A DNA stretch of 64,000 nucleotides from an uncultured delta proteobacterium. Lineage in GTDB: Bacteria > Myxococcota_A > Polyangia > Fen-1088. Numbering within the stretch: the stretch's first letter is position 1; every line of letters begins with the position of its first letter. Under the pieces are notes generated by a model, which was not told where the DNA came from, made no database searches, and worked only from the letters and a program-made list of their open reading frames with translations. The translations under genes were made by a program, and so were the position numbers. The DNA lies in NCBI GenBank assembly GCA_963755125.1, contig CAVWIP010000012.1:309264-373263 (forward strand), written 5' to 3'. Positions 40,768 to 50,222 of this stretch are shown piece after piece.

Positions 40768-42561
40768 TCAAGGCTTCTGCGGTGTGGATCGTAGAAGTTG
40801 CGCGCGCTTCAGGTCGTCCCGCGCCTCGTCCTCCATCCCGAGACGGTGGTAGACCAGGCCGCGTTTTTCAAAGAAGGCCGGATTGCCCACTGGCGACGCC
40901 GCGATGGCGCGATCGAAGTCGTCCCGTGCTTCGGGGTAGCGGCCGGCCAGAAAATAGATGTTTCCCCGGTTGAAGTAGTTACTCGCTTCCATCGGCCGCA
41001 GACTTATCGCCTGGCTTTCATCGGCCAGGGCCTCCGCGTATCGGCCCAGGCGCACGTAGGTGACGGCGCGGTCATTGAAATAGGCAGACCTGCGCTTGCT
41101 GGCATGAGCAGGGCCCAAGGAAGGCTGTACGCGCAGGGCCGAGTCGTAGTCCGCCAGTGCTTTCTCGTATTCACCCCGATCGTAGTAGTAGGACGCGCGA
41201 TTGTTGTAGGCCTCCGTGTTCCATGGCTCGTGTGCAAGAACGTGACTCCACAGGGTTTCGCTGTTCTTCCACACGCCGATCTGTCGCACCGACTGCCAAG
41301 ACAAGAGACCGAGCAAGAGCAGACCTGCCGTCAGCACCGTCGCCTTCTTCCACCAAGCGGACGCGACGGGCAGCCCGTCCCAGAGAAGACCGAAGCCGGC
41401 TGCGACAAAAGCGACCAGCGATACGCTGGGCAGGTAGGTGTAGCGGTCGGCCATAGACTGGGGCCCGATCTGAACGATGCCCAGGACCGGCAAGAGCACG
41501 ACCAGGTACGACGCCAACACGGCGGCAAACACCGGCTGCCGCTTCACCGTTGCCAGGCATGCCACCACCGCCGCTGCCATCACCACGACGGGGACGCCGA
41601 AGTCCCACGACAGCAGCGACACATGCATGGGATACGAATAGAAAGGCAGCAGGCCCCTGGGCAGCACCGTCTTGGCGAGGTACATCGCCGCCGCCTTGGT
41701 CGCCACCAGAACCCTGGTACCCAGGGTCACCTCGGCCAGCGGTCGGAAGGCGCCACTTGCCCTCTGCGCCAGCACGGTCACCGTCGCCAGGCCCAGATCC
41801 AGCAGGAAGAAGGGGATTTTCTCCAGCAGAAGGCGGCGCAAACCGGCGTTCTCCAGCCGGCGCAGCGGATACCAGTCGATGATCAGCAGAACCAAGGGAA
41901 AGCTCAGCGCCATGGGTTTGCTCAGCAGCGACAAGACGAAGCACAAGAGCGTCGCGAGATAGCACTGATCGGTCCGCGGCCAGGTTGCAACCGCCGCGCG
42001 TCGCGCGTAGCGCAGGTAACTGAGTACGCCGAGGAGATAGAAGAGCGCCGACAGCAGGTCTTTGCGCTCCGATACCCAAGCCACTGACTCGACACGGAGC
42101 GGATGCAAGCCGAAGAGCAGGCCGGCCGCAGCCCCCGCGGCGAGCACGGCTGGCCGCGATAGCGCACGGCCTGCCGCGCGGGCCTGCAGCAGTCGCATTG
42201 CCACCAGCACGACCAGAGCCACATTCAACCCGTGCAGCAGAATGCTGGTCAGATGATGCCCGAGCGGGCGCAGACCCCAGATCGCGTAGTCCACGGCATG
42301 CGAGATCATGGTCAGGGGGTGCCAGTTGCCGCTGGCCGCATGGACATGAGTGAACGCCCGCAACAGTGAGGAAGGGGCGAGACTCCTAATCTGCGGATTG
42401 TTGTAGACGTAGATGTCGTCGTCCCAGCCGACGAAGCCGTTGCGCAGCGCCGGCAGGTACAGCAGGACCACTGCGAACGCTACGGCCAGTGTGGCCAACC
42501 AAAGCGGGAGCTGCCCTTCTGTTTTCTCGTTGGCTGGCCGGCCTGGCTTGGGAGCGAACAT
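40768..42561 (-). CDS. TMTC-like membrane glycosyltransferase with C-terminal TPR repeats
   Basis: FVGWDDDIYVYNNP, NWHPLT, HPLRVESVAWVSERKD, LLSKPM, ADRYTYLP, WKNSETLW and TPRs. Start is uncertain. Confidence 0.82.
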   Translation of the reverse strand: MFAPKPGRPANEKTEGQLPLWLATLAVAFAVVLLYLPALRNGFVGWDDDIYVYNNPQIRSLAPSSLLRAFTHVHAASGNWHPLTMISHAVDYAIWGLRPLGHHLTSILLHGLNVALVVLVAMRLLQARAAGRALSRPAVLAAGAAAGLLFGLHPLRVESVAWVSERKDLLSALFYLLGVLSYLRYARRAAVATWPRTDQCYLATLLCFVLSLLSKPMALSFPLVLLIIDWYPLRRLENAGLRRLLLEKIPFFLLDLGLATVTVLAQRASGAFRPLAEVTLGTRVLVATKAAAMYLAKTVLPRGLLPFYSYPMHVSLLSWDFGVPVVVMAAAVVACLATVKRQPVFAAVLASYLVVLLPVLGIVQIGPQSMADRYTYLPSVSLVAFVAAGFGLLWDGLPVASAWWKKATVLTAGLLLLGLLSWQSVRQIGVWKNSETLWSHVLAHEPWNTEAYNNRASYYYDRGEYEKALADYDSALRVQPSLGPAHASKRRSAYFNDRAVTYVRLGRYAEALADESQAISLRPMEASNYFNRGNIYFLAGRYPEARDDFDRAIAASPVGNPAFFEKRGLVYHRLGMEDEARDDLKRAQLLRSTPQKP

Positions 42562-42724
42562 GCGGGTCACGGAACGCCTGCACGCTGGGCTACAGGTGCC
42601 TGCAAGCCAGGCCATTGTGCGGTTTCGTGCCCTCGGCCGCAACCGACGGAGCGAAAACGGATGCCGGCATGCCAATCCACAAAACCGACGGCGCGGATCG
42701 AAAGGGTAGCATATTCACGACCGT

Positions 42725-43318
42725 TTGACGCGACTCAGCCCGCAGTCTACGCTGTGGGTACTCACGAAAGATTGCGATGCAGCCCAAGAGGCTGCTCCGG
42801 AAAAGGAACCACCTGTCGCAGTAGTCCCCGCGCCGGCAATCCCCAAGCCCCCCGAACTTCAACGTGCCGGTGAGCGGGGTCCCTCGCCCAGTCCCGCTCA
42901 GATACCGCTTGTCCCAGCAGCCCCTGCCCCGGTGCCTAGATCTGCCCCAGACCCCGACGGGCAAGCTGCATCACAGCCTAGCAGCGCGAACCAGGGCTGG
43001 TGGCTGGGCAGGAAATGGACATGGGTAGCGGCCGGCTCGACGGTGTTGCTGGCTGCGGGAGCCCTCGTCGCTGACCTGTCCATGTATTCCAAGATCGACA
43101 GCTCAAAATCATATCCCTGCGGCCCAGACCGATATTGCTACAGCACAAGCGACGCGAACTCGATCAATTCGCGCATGATAGCGGCCGAAGTGCTAGCGGG
43201 ACTGGCCGCCGCCGCCGCCGTGACCACTGGGTTGTTGTTCTATTTCGAGGGCCAACCCGTGAGCGTGACGCCAGTGGTAGGCGGAATGACCGGCGCGCTG
43301 ACAAAGGTTGGGTTCTGA
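42725..43318 (+). pseudogene. C-terminal fragment of a myxobacterial-type membrane/exported protein
   Basis: Pro-rich linker, RKWTWVAAG TM, Cys loop, second TM and beta-hairpin tail ending in F. No credible start or signal peptide. Confidence 0.5.
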
Positions 43319-43494
43319 CGCTTATCGCGAATTGGACGAAGCCGGGCGACCTTGCGGACCGATCCCCTTGCGACAGCATTTCCGCCGGAATGCGCAACAC
43401 GGGCTCAATTCGCGTGACCGGGGGCGCTATGCCCTCACAAATGCCAAAATCTCGACCGAAGAGCGACCCTGACCGCTGGAGGACAGGATGCCGC

Positions 43495-43516
43495 GCAGCG
43501 GCGGCGCTGCTTTTTT
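43495..43516 (+). terminator. Possible intrinsic terminator
   Basis: GCAGCG-gcgg-CGCTGC followed by TTTTTT. Confidence 0.55.
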
Positions 43517-43623
43517 GAGTAACCTGTCACCAGATAGGGTAGTAATTCGCTGGTGTCTTGCGGCTGGGGTTTCCCGATCCCATGGCCAAGAATGTTCTCG
43601 ATCTGTCTAAAGGAGGTCCTCGA

Positions 43624-45678
43624 ATGACTTCTCGTGCAACACATGGCAACGATTTTCTTCGCGCGCTCCTCATGCCAGCCTTGGCAGTAGGGCTCGTGGT
43701 TGGATGCGCGCCCGCCAAGGGTGGCGGCAGCGGTGGTGGGAACACCGGCCAGTCCGGCGGAAACAGCAGCTCCCCCGGCAGTACGTCCAACCCCTCTGGC
43801 GGAAACACCGGCAACCCCGGTAGCACCTCCAACCCCTCCGGCGGAAATACTAGCAACCCCGGCAGCACCTCCAACCCCTCCGGCGGAAATACTAGCAACC
43901 CCGGCAGCACCTCCAACCCCTCCGGCGGAAATACTAGCAACCCCGGCAGCACCTCCAACCCCTCCGGCGGAAATACTAGCAACCCCGGCAGCACCTCCAA
44001 CCCCTCCGGCGGAAATACCAGCTCCTCCAGTAAGTCCTCTGGCGGCACCACCAGCTCCTCCGGCGGCACCACCAGCTCCTCCAGCAGGACATCGGGCGGC
44101 ACCACCAGTTCCTCGGGCGGCACCACCAGCTCCTCCGGCGGCACCACCAGTTCCTCGGGCGGCACCACCAGCTCCTCCGGCGGAGGCACCACCATCAGCG
44201 GAAATCCTCCCGGGTGGTGGCAGACCTCGGACTGGAATGTCACGTCGGCAAATTGGCATGGTTGCGTGTGGACCGGCGTCGACAGCACTGTGGCGGGCTC
44301 AACCACTTCCATCACGCCACAGGACTTCACGTCCGCCACCAAAGAAGGCGGTCCGTACGAAGTCTCTGGCACTGTGTTCAACGACTACAACGCTGTTGCA
44401 ATGATCGGGTTCAATTTGAACGAATCAGCAACCGGCAGCTCCACGCAGTGCAAGTACAACCCGGCCGCCGCACTTGCCGCTGGTCCGCCCGTGGCGACCG
44501 TTCCGAGTTCGGCAACCGGTATCGCGGTCAACTGGAGCGCCAAGATTGCGCCAGTCACCGCGTTCCGCATCCAGATTCAAGGCGTCAATGGCGCAACCGA
44601 TGCGACTGATCGGTGGTGCGCGACGATTCAGGATGCCCAAGGACCGAGCTTCATTCCTTTCAGCAGCTTCAATACGCAGTGCTGGACGGGTGCAACGAAT
44701 CCGGTTGCTTACAACAACCAGCCCATCGACGCCGTGGTTTTCCTCGTGCCTGGCACGATCACCGCGAAAGCGCCGTTCGATTTCACAATTACCGGCTTCG
44801 CGCCGGGCACCAGCAAGTCGGACGCTCCCGGTGGAGCGGCCGCATGCGGCACAATGACCGGCACGGTCGGCTCCGCCACGCAACTGTCTGGCCAGGCGTC
44901 CATTGATGCGGCGACTCAGCGTGCGGCGGTGACCGGAACGGACTGCAAGAAATACATCATCAACAACAACAACTGGGGCAATGAGAGCGGTACCTATCAG
45001 GAGCTTAGCTACACGGGCAACAGCTTCACGGACGTGGTCACCAGCGGCAGCGGTGGCGGCGCCAACGTAGTAGCTTTCCCGTCGATCTACATTGGCGCCA
45101 ACGGCCAGATTGGCGGCGGCACGTTCAACACATGGTCTGACAGTGGTTTGCCGAAGCAGATCAGCGCCATGCAGAGCGTCCAGACCTCGTTCAAATGGTC
45201 CGGTGGCACGAGCGGGGGCAACTACAATGCAGCCTACGACGTGTGGTTCGCCAAGTCCCCACCCACGGCGGGCAGCTACAACGACGCCGTTTCTGGTTTC
45301 ATCATGGTATGGCTCTACAAGCCAGCGGCTTCCCAACCCATCGGCAGCTCCGGGAACACGCGCACGGCGACCATTGCCGGTCACACCTGGACCGTGTGGA
45401 GAGGACCACGAGTCGGTGCCGCGACCGGGACAGATGGGACCGGCAGGCCGGTTATTTCCTACGTTGCCAATGACTCGCCGGTGAGCAGCTTGACTTTCGA
45501 TCTCAAGAACTTCATTGACGATGCGGTGACGAACGCCAGTGCCGATATGAGTGCTGGCGGAACCAGCGAGGCCTTCTCCGGCAGTTGGTACCTGACGGAT
45601 GTGTTCGCTGGCTTCGAGATCTGGAACGGCAGTGACGCCAAAGGTTTGCAAGACACCTTCACCTGCGTAGTCCAGTAG
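43624..45678 (+). CDS. Lipoprotein with Ser/Thr/Gly repeats and C-terminal glycoside hydrolase family 12-like domain
   Basis: AAGGAGGT RBS, lipobox VVGC, and GH12 motifs NNNWG, FPSIYIG, NAAYDVW, xIMVWL, QPIG and AGFEIW. Confidence 0.82.
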   Translation: MTSRATHGNDFLRALLMPALAVGLVVGCAPAKGGGSGGGNTGQSGGNSSSPGSTSNPSGGNTGNPGSTSNPSGGNTSNPGSTSNPSGGNTSNPGSTSNPSGGNTSNPGSTSNPSGGNTSNPGSTSNPSGGNTSSSSKSSGGTTSSSGGTTSSSSRTSGGTTSSSGGTTSSSGGTTSSSGGTTSSSGGGTTISGNPPGWWQTSDWNVTSANWHGCVWTGVDSTVAGSTTSITPQDFTSATKEGGPYEVSGTVFNDYNAVAMIGFNLNESATGSSTQCKYNPAAALAAGPPVATVPSSATGIAVNWSAKIAPVTAFRIQIQGVNGATDATDRWCATIQDAQGPSFIPFSSFNTQCWTGATNPVAYNNQPIDAVVFLVPGTITAKAPFDFTITGFAPGTSKSDAPGGAAACGTMTGTVGSATQLSGQASIDAATQRAAVTGTDCKKYIINNNNWGNESGTYQELSYTGNSFTDVVTSGSGGGANVVAFPSIYIGANGQIGGGTFNTWSDSGLPKQISAMQSVQTSFKWSGGTSGGNYNAAYDVWFAKSPPTAGSYNDAVSGFIMVWLYKPAASQPIGSSGNTRTATIAGHTWTVWRGPRVGAATGTDGTGRPVISYVANDSPVSSLTFDLKNFIDDAVTNASADMSAGGTSEAFSGSWYLTDVFAGFEIWNGSDAKGLQDTFTCVVQ
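43756..44190 (+). repeat. Coding tandem repeats: six 42-bp units (GGNTSNPGSTSNPS) then 21-bp units (GGTTSSS)
   Basis: 42-bp units start at 43756, 43798, 43840, 43882, 43924 and 43966. The last four are identical. Confidence 0.92.
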
Positions 45679-45692
45679 CGGGCTCCTGCCGT

Positions 45693-45737
45693 TAGCAAGA
45701 AGGGCCGCGCGGTTCACGCCTCGCGGCCCTTTTGCTA
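45693..45737 (+). terminator. Intrinsic terminator
   Basis: TAGCAAGAAGGGCCGCG ... CGCGGCCCTTTTGCTA hairpin after stop 45678. Confidence 0.75.
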
Positions 45738-45773
45738 TCTGCTTCGCGTGGCTGCTTGGGATAGATTGCGGTG

Positions 45774-46313
45774 ATGGCATTCACACGTCAGCCCATCCCG
45801 CTCAAGCGACGCCCTCTCGACATGGCGTTACTGGGCTTCTTTGCGGTCAATCTGCTCTTCGTCACCTACGTGATCAGCCTGGAACAGATCGTCATCGACA
45901 GCCCGTTTGCCTACGCTCCGCCGGCCTGGCCACCACGGCCGTTGCTGACGGTCATTCACTGGTGGGAGAAGACCTTTGATCCCTTGCTGTGGGCGCGGCC
46001 AGCCTGGTACCGCGCCACCATCTGGCTGGACGTGCTGGTGTTCGGCCCGTTCTACGCTGTCGCGCTCTACGCCTTTGGCCGCGGCCGCGACTGGATCCGT
46101 ATTCCCAGCATCATCTGGGCATCCATCATGTTCACCAACGTGTTCATCATCCTTTTCGATGAGCTGCGCGGCGCCTACGCCAGCCCGCACCCGGCGGTGG
46201 TGGTGATGGCGAATGCCGCCTGGTTGCTGGTGCCCTTCGTCGTGGTGTGGCGGCTGCGCAAGGAACACCCGTTCACCAAAGAGGTCGCCCCATCGTCAGG
46301 CAGCTCCGCATGA
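45774..46313 (+). CDS. EXPERA / emopamil-binding-protein family membrane protein
   Basis: Four TMs, DPLL..PAW..IWLDVLVFGPFY and ANAAWLLVP. Confidence 0.75.
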   Translation: MAFTRQPIPLKRRPLDMALLGFFAVNLLFVTYVISLEQIVIDSPFAYAPPAWPPRPLLTVIHWWEKTFDPLLWARPAWYRATIWLDVLVFGPFYAVALYAFGRGRDWIRIPSIIWASIMFTNVFIILFDELRGAYASPHPAVVVMANAAWLLVPFVVVWRLRKEHPFTKEVAPSSGSSA

Positions 46314-47122
46314 ACGAATTTCGCGAGCGCTACGGTTCGTACGCTCTCATCGCCGGGGCCTCGGTCGGGCTGGGCGAAGCCTTCGCGCGCCGTCTGGCCG
46401 AGCGCGGTCTCAACTTGCTGCTCATTGCGCGCCGGCCAGATGCGCTGGAACGGCTCGCCTCTGATCTGCGATCCCGGCACGGCATCGAGGTGCGCACCCT
46501 GGCTGCGGACCTGGGCCAGCCGGATCTGCGCGAGGTGGTCGAACACGCGGTGGCTGGCCTGACCGTGGGCCTGCTGGTCTACAACGCCGCCTACTCCGTG
46601 ATCGGGCCTTTCGTCGACCACTCGCTCGACCAGCAACTGCACGTCTTGGATGTGAATTGCCGTGGCCCGCTGGTGCTCTCGCACATCCTGGGCAGGGCCA
46701 TGGCGGAACGCGGTCGCGGCGGGATCGTGCTCATGACTTCGATGGCCGGCTCGCAGGGCGGGCCCTGGCTGGCCTCGTACGCGGCGTCCAAGGCCTTCAA
46801 TCTGGTGTTGGCTGAAGGGCTGTGGGACGAACTGGGCGAGCGAGGCGTCGATGTCATCGCCTGCCGCGCAGGCGCCACACGTACGCCTGGCTATGCGGCT
46901 TCGCAACCTCGGCCGAGTCGAGTTCCCTTGCTGGACCCCGACCATGTCGCGCGCGCCACGCTGGATGCGCTTGGCCGCAAGCCGTCCATAGTTCCCGGTG
47001 CCTTTTACCGATTTTCGGCCTTCTTCATGAATCGCCTGCTGCCGCGCTGGCTGGCGGTGCGAATCATGGGCCGCACCACGCGACGGCTGTATGCTGGCCG
47101 CGATGCCAGCCGCAAATCCTGA
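46310..47122 (+). CDS. SDR oxidoreductase (17-beta-HSD / 3-ketoacyl-CoA reductase-like)
   Basis: YGSYALIAGASVGLG, LLVYNAA and YAASKAF. ATGA overlap with the upstream gene. Confidence 0.88.
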   Translation: MNEFRERYGSYALIAGASVGLGEAFARRLAERGLNLLLIARRPDALERLASDLRSRHGIEVRTLAADLGQPDLREVVEHAVAGLTVGLLVYNAAYSVIGPFVDHSLDQQLHVLDVNCRGPLVLSHILGRAMAERGRGGIVLMTSMAGSQGGPWLASYAASKAFNLVLAEGLWDELGERGVDVIACRAGATRTPGYAASQPRPSRVPLLDPDHVARATLDALGRKPSIVPGAFYRFSAFFMNRLLPRWLAVRIMGRTTRRLYAGRDASRKS

Positions 47123-47981
47123 TCAGCACAGACGCGACCTTGCTCGCGTGGCGCTGGCCTACGCCGTAGCGCTCGGGGCAGCGTTGGCCCTAGGATGGGG
47201 GCTGCGGGATCGGCACCCAATCGTCGTTGGTGCCGTAGCCGACTTGCTGGCCACCGCGATCGTGTTCGGCTTCAGCGTCGGGTACGACAACTCCAGCCTG
47301 TACGATCCCTACTGGAGCGTGGCCCCGCTGCCCATCGCGCTCTACTGGGTGTCCGTCGGCAGGTTGGGTCTGCGACAGGTGCTGATACTGCTTCTGCTTG
47401 CCCTGTGGGGCGTGCGCCTCACCGGCAACTGGGTGGCGCGCTGGCGCGGGATCGGCGACGAGGACTTTCGCTACCAGGAGATCCGGCGCCGGACCGGCCG
47501 CCTGTACTGGCCCGCCAGCTTGGTCTCGATTCACCTCATGCCGACCATCTGGGTCTTTCTCGGCCTTCTGCCGCTGTATCCCGCTCTGGCGCGGCAGAGC
47601 CCCATCATGGTGCTCGACGTTGCAGCGCTGGTCGTGACCGCGGCCGCCATCGCGATCGAGGCCACGGCCGATTGGCAGTTGCGCGCCTTCTTGCGCACCC
47701 GGCGCGATCCCGCGGCCGTGCTGGACAAGGGTCTGTGGGCGTACTGCCGTCACCCCAACTATCTGGGCGAGGTCTTGTTCTGGTGGGGTCTGTATCTATT
47801 CGGTTTGGCGGCCGAGCCGGCGTGGGCATGGTCCGTCGTGGGGCCGCTGTCCATCAGCCTGCTGTTTGCATTTGTGAGCGTGCCGTGGATGGATCGGCGC
47901 CTGTTGCTTAGACATCCGGCCTGGGCGCAAACTATGCGCTCCTTGCCGGCTCTGCTGCCTTGGCCGCGCCGAACACAGTGA
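47103..47981 (+). CDS. DUF1295 (steroid 5-alpha-reductase-like) membrane protein
   Basis: NSSLYDPYWS, WGVRL, EDFRY, ADWQL and GLWAYCRHPNYLGE. Confidence 0.88.
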   Translation: MPAANPDQHRRDLARVALAYAVALGAALALGWGLRDRHPIVVGAVADLLATAIVFGFSVGYDNSSLYDPYWSVAPLPIALYWVSVGRLGLRQVLILLLLALWGVRLTGNWVARWRGIGDEDFRYQEIRRRTGRLYWPASLVSIHLMPTIWVFLGLLPLYPALARQSPIMVLDVAALVVTAAAIAIEATADWQLRAFLRTRRDPAAVLDKGLWAYCRHPNYLGEVLFWWGLYLFGLAAEPAWAWSVVGPLSISLLFAFVSVPWMDRRLLLRHPAWAQTMRSLPALLPWPRRTQ

Positions 47982-47988
47982 GGTCGCC

Positions 47989-48772
47989 ATGAGACTTGCC
48001 TTCAAGATGCTAAAGATCGTCGGATTGCTGGTCGGCGTACTGGTGGTGGCGCTGGCCGCCTTGCTGTTCATCACCTTCTCGGGCGCCGCCCGCCCCCATC
48101 CGCGACGGGCAGCGCGTGGACGGTGTCGAAGTGGTCAAGGACAGCATCGTCTCGGCCTTCATAGTCGATATCGATGACCACGACGTAGCCCTGGTCGATG
48201 CGGGCAATGATCGTCAGGCCAAGCCCATCCTTTCGGCGCTGGCCCGGCGCGGGTTGGATCCCAACGCGGTCAAGGCCATTCTGCTCACCCATGGCGACCG
48301 CGACCACATTGCCGGTGTGCCGTCTTTCCCGCAGGCCGTGGTGATGGCCCTGGAGCCCGACATTCCGCTCATTGAGGGCCGCGAGATTCCCAGTTTCTTG
48401 AAACGCCTCGGCCCGCCACGCCCAAGCGGCATCAAGGTCGCGCGTCCGTTGCACGGAGGGGAAAGTTTAACCCTCGGCAGTCTCGTGGTGCGTGTCTTCG
48501 CCGTGCCTGGACATACGAAAGGCAGCGCGGCCTTTCTCATGCGTGGCGTGCTCTTCCTGGGCGACAGTGCGGATGCCACCAAGGACGGCAAGCTGGCAGC
48601 GGGACGCTGGCTCTTTACGGCGAACCCGGCGCAAAACCGGGCGTCGCTGCGCCAACTGGCGCAACAGATCGAACCCTGGGGAGGCGAGGTCAAGGCCATC
48701 GCGTGTGCGCATTCGGGCATGCTGACCAACGGCCTTGGCCCTCTCAGCGACTTCGCCGCGCGGGATCGCTGA
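47989..48772 (+). CDS. Membrane-anchored MBL-fold hydrolase, frameshifted near 48090
   Basis: The TM anchor is in ORF 47989-48177. The catalytic part (LVDAG, LTHGDRDH, PGHTKGS, FLGD, CAH) is in ORF 48116-48772. Confidence 0.75.
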
Positions 48773-48865
48773 CCTGGGAACCGTGAGAGGGTTTGCTTCG
48801 CCCTTCGGCCGCCTACTCGCCGCCACGGGCGCGATGGCAACGACGGTGTATCTTTCGTCGTTCCG

Positions 48866-50191
48866 ATGAACGACTCGGCTGCGCCCTCGTACCGACAACT
48901 GACGGTCTTCTTCATCCCTCTGGCGCTGCAGGCCGCCTCGCAAAGCCTCACCTACCCGCTGGTCGCCACGGTGGCCTCGCACGGCCCGGGCGGCACGCTG
49001 AACCTGGCGGGCGTGGCTCAGTCGAACATCGTGATGTTCCTGGTGGGAGCCGTCGGTGCGGGCCTGGTCACCTCGGGCATGGTGTTTGGCAAGTCCCGCC
49101 TGGGATTCGCCCGTTTCTCCGCAGTCAACCATCTCATGGCGGCCGTTGCGGCGCTGGTGCAGACCGCGATCTGCATTCCGCCTGTCGGTCATGCTGTGTT
49201 CGGTGCCCTGCTCGGCCTGCCGCCTTCCATCGAGGGCCCTGCCCGCCAGGCCTTCCCACTGACCATCCTGCTGAATTTTCTGTTCTTCGCCCGCAACCCA
49301 TACGAGGTTCTGCTCTTCAACAACGGCGCCTCCGGGCGCGCCAGCACCGCCACCTTCGCCCGCATCGCCCTCACCCTGGTTCTCTCGCCGCTCTTCGTTT
49401 CGGCGGGCATGGTCGGGCCGCGCTGGGCGGTCGTCTGCCAGGCAATTCCCGTCGGCGTCGAGGTGGCAGTCGCCTATTACTACAGTCGTCCGTTCGCCTC
49501 GGCGTTTCCCCAGGCTGACGACAACATCCCAAGACGGCGCGCCATCATCTGGTTCAACCTGCCGCTCTCGCTGGGCGGGTTTCTCATGACCCTGTCTGGG
49601 TTGTTGTTGGGCGCCGTCATCGCCAGGTCCGGCCAGCCCGAGCGCATGCTGCCTGCCTACTATCTGGCCATCGGCCTGGCCAACCCGATGGCCTACGCGG
49701 CGACACGCATGCAGAACGTCGTACTCTACTTCCCGCCGCAATCCCGCACGGACAAGCTGACACTCCGTTTCGCCCTGCGCGCAAGCGCGATTGTCTCGTT
49801 CGTACCGCTGCTCTTCCTGCTGCCCGCGCTTTCCCACTGGTACTACGTTTCCTTGCAGCGGCTGCCCCCGGCTGATCTCCCGCTGGTCACGATGTCCGCA
49901 CTGCTCTTGCTCGGGTATCCATTTGCCTCGGGCTTGCGCGCGCACCGGGAAGGATTGGCCGCGTTGACCCGTCGGACTTCGACCATCCTGGCCGGCAACA
50001 TCGCCTTTATCGCGTCCCTGGCCATCACGGCACCGGCGTGTCTGGCGCTGAAGGTTCCCGGCAACATGATCGGGCCCGTGGCGCTGATCATCAGCAACCT
50101 GGCGGGCCTGGGCGCGCTGGTGCTCTTGCAATCCCTGCCCGAGAGCCCGGGTCCGGTGGAAGTGATCGAAGTGGAAAGCGAGCGCGGTTGA
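48866..50191 (+). CDS. MATE/MOP-like 12-TM membrane transporter or flippase
   Basis: About 12 TMs in two related halves (FFIPLAL... / WFNLPLSL...). Confidence 0.6.
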   Translation: MNDSAAPSYRQLTVFFIPLALQAASQSLTYPLVATVASHGPGGTLNLAGVAQSNIVMFLVGAVGAGLVTSGMVFGKSRLGFARFSAVNHLMAAVAALVQTAICIPPVGHAVFGALLGLPPSIEGPARQAFPLTILLNFLFFARNPYEVLLFNNGASGRASTATFARIALTLVLSPLFVSAGMVGPRWAVVCQAIPVGVEVAVAYYYSRPFASAFPQADDNIPRRRAIIWFNLPLSLGGFLMTLSGLLLGAVIARSGQPERMLPAYYLAIGLANPMAYAATRMQNVVLYFPPQSRTDKLTLRFALRASAIVSFVPLLFLLPALSHWYYVSLQRLPPADLPLVTMSALLLLGYPFASGLRAHREGLAALTRRTSTILAGNIAFIASLAITAPACLALKVPGNMIGPVALIISNLAGLGALVLLQSLPESPGPVEVIEVESERG

Positions 50192-50222
50192 CCCATCGGC
50201 CAGCCGGAAAGCAGCCTCTGCT

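Noticed and set aside
43320..43620. Riboswitch in the leader of the GH12-like gene
   Set aside because: A terminator-like hairpin exists, but no known aptamer consensus (c-di-GMP, SAM, cobalamin, TPP) was recognisable.
43756..44190. Tandem repeats as a CRISPR array
   Set aside because: They are contiguous in-frame coding repeats with no unique spacers, and no cas genes are present.
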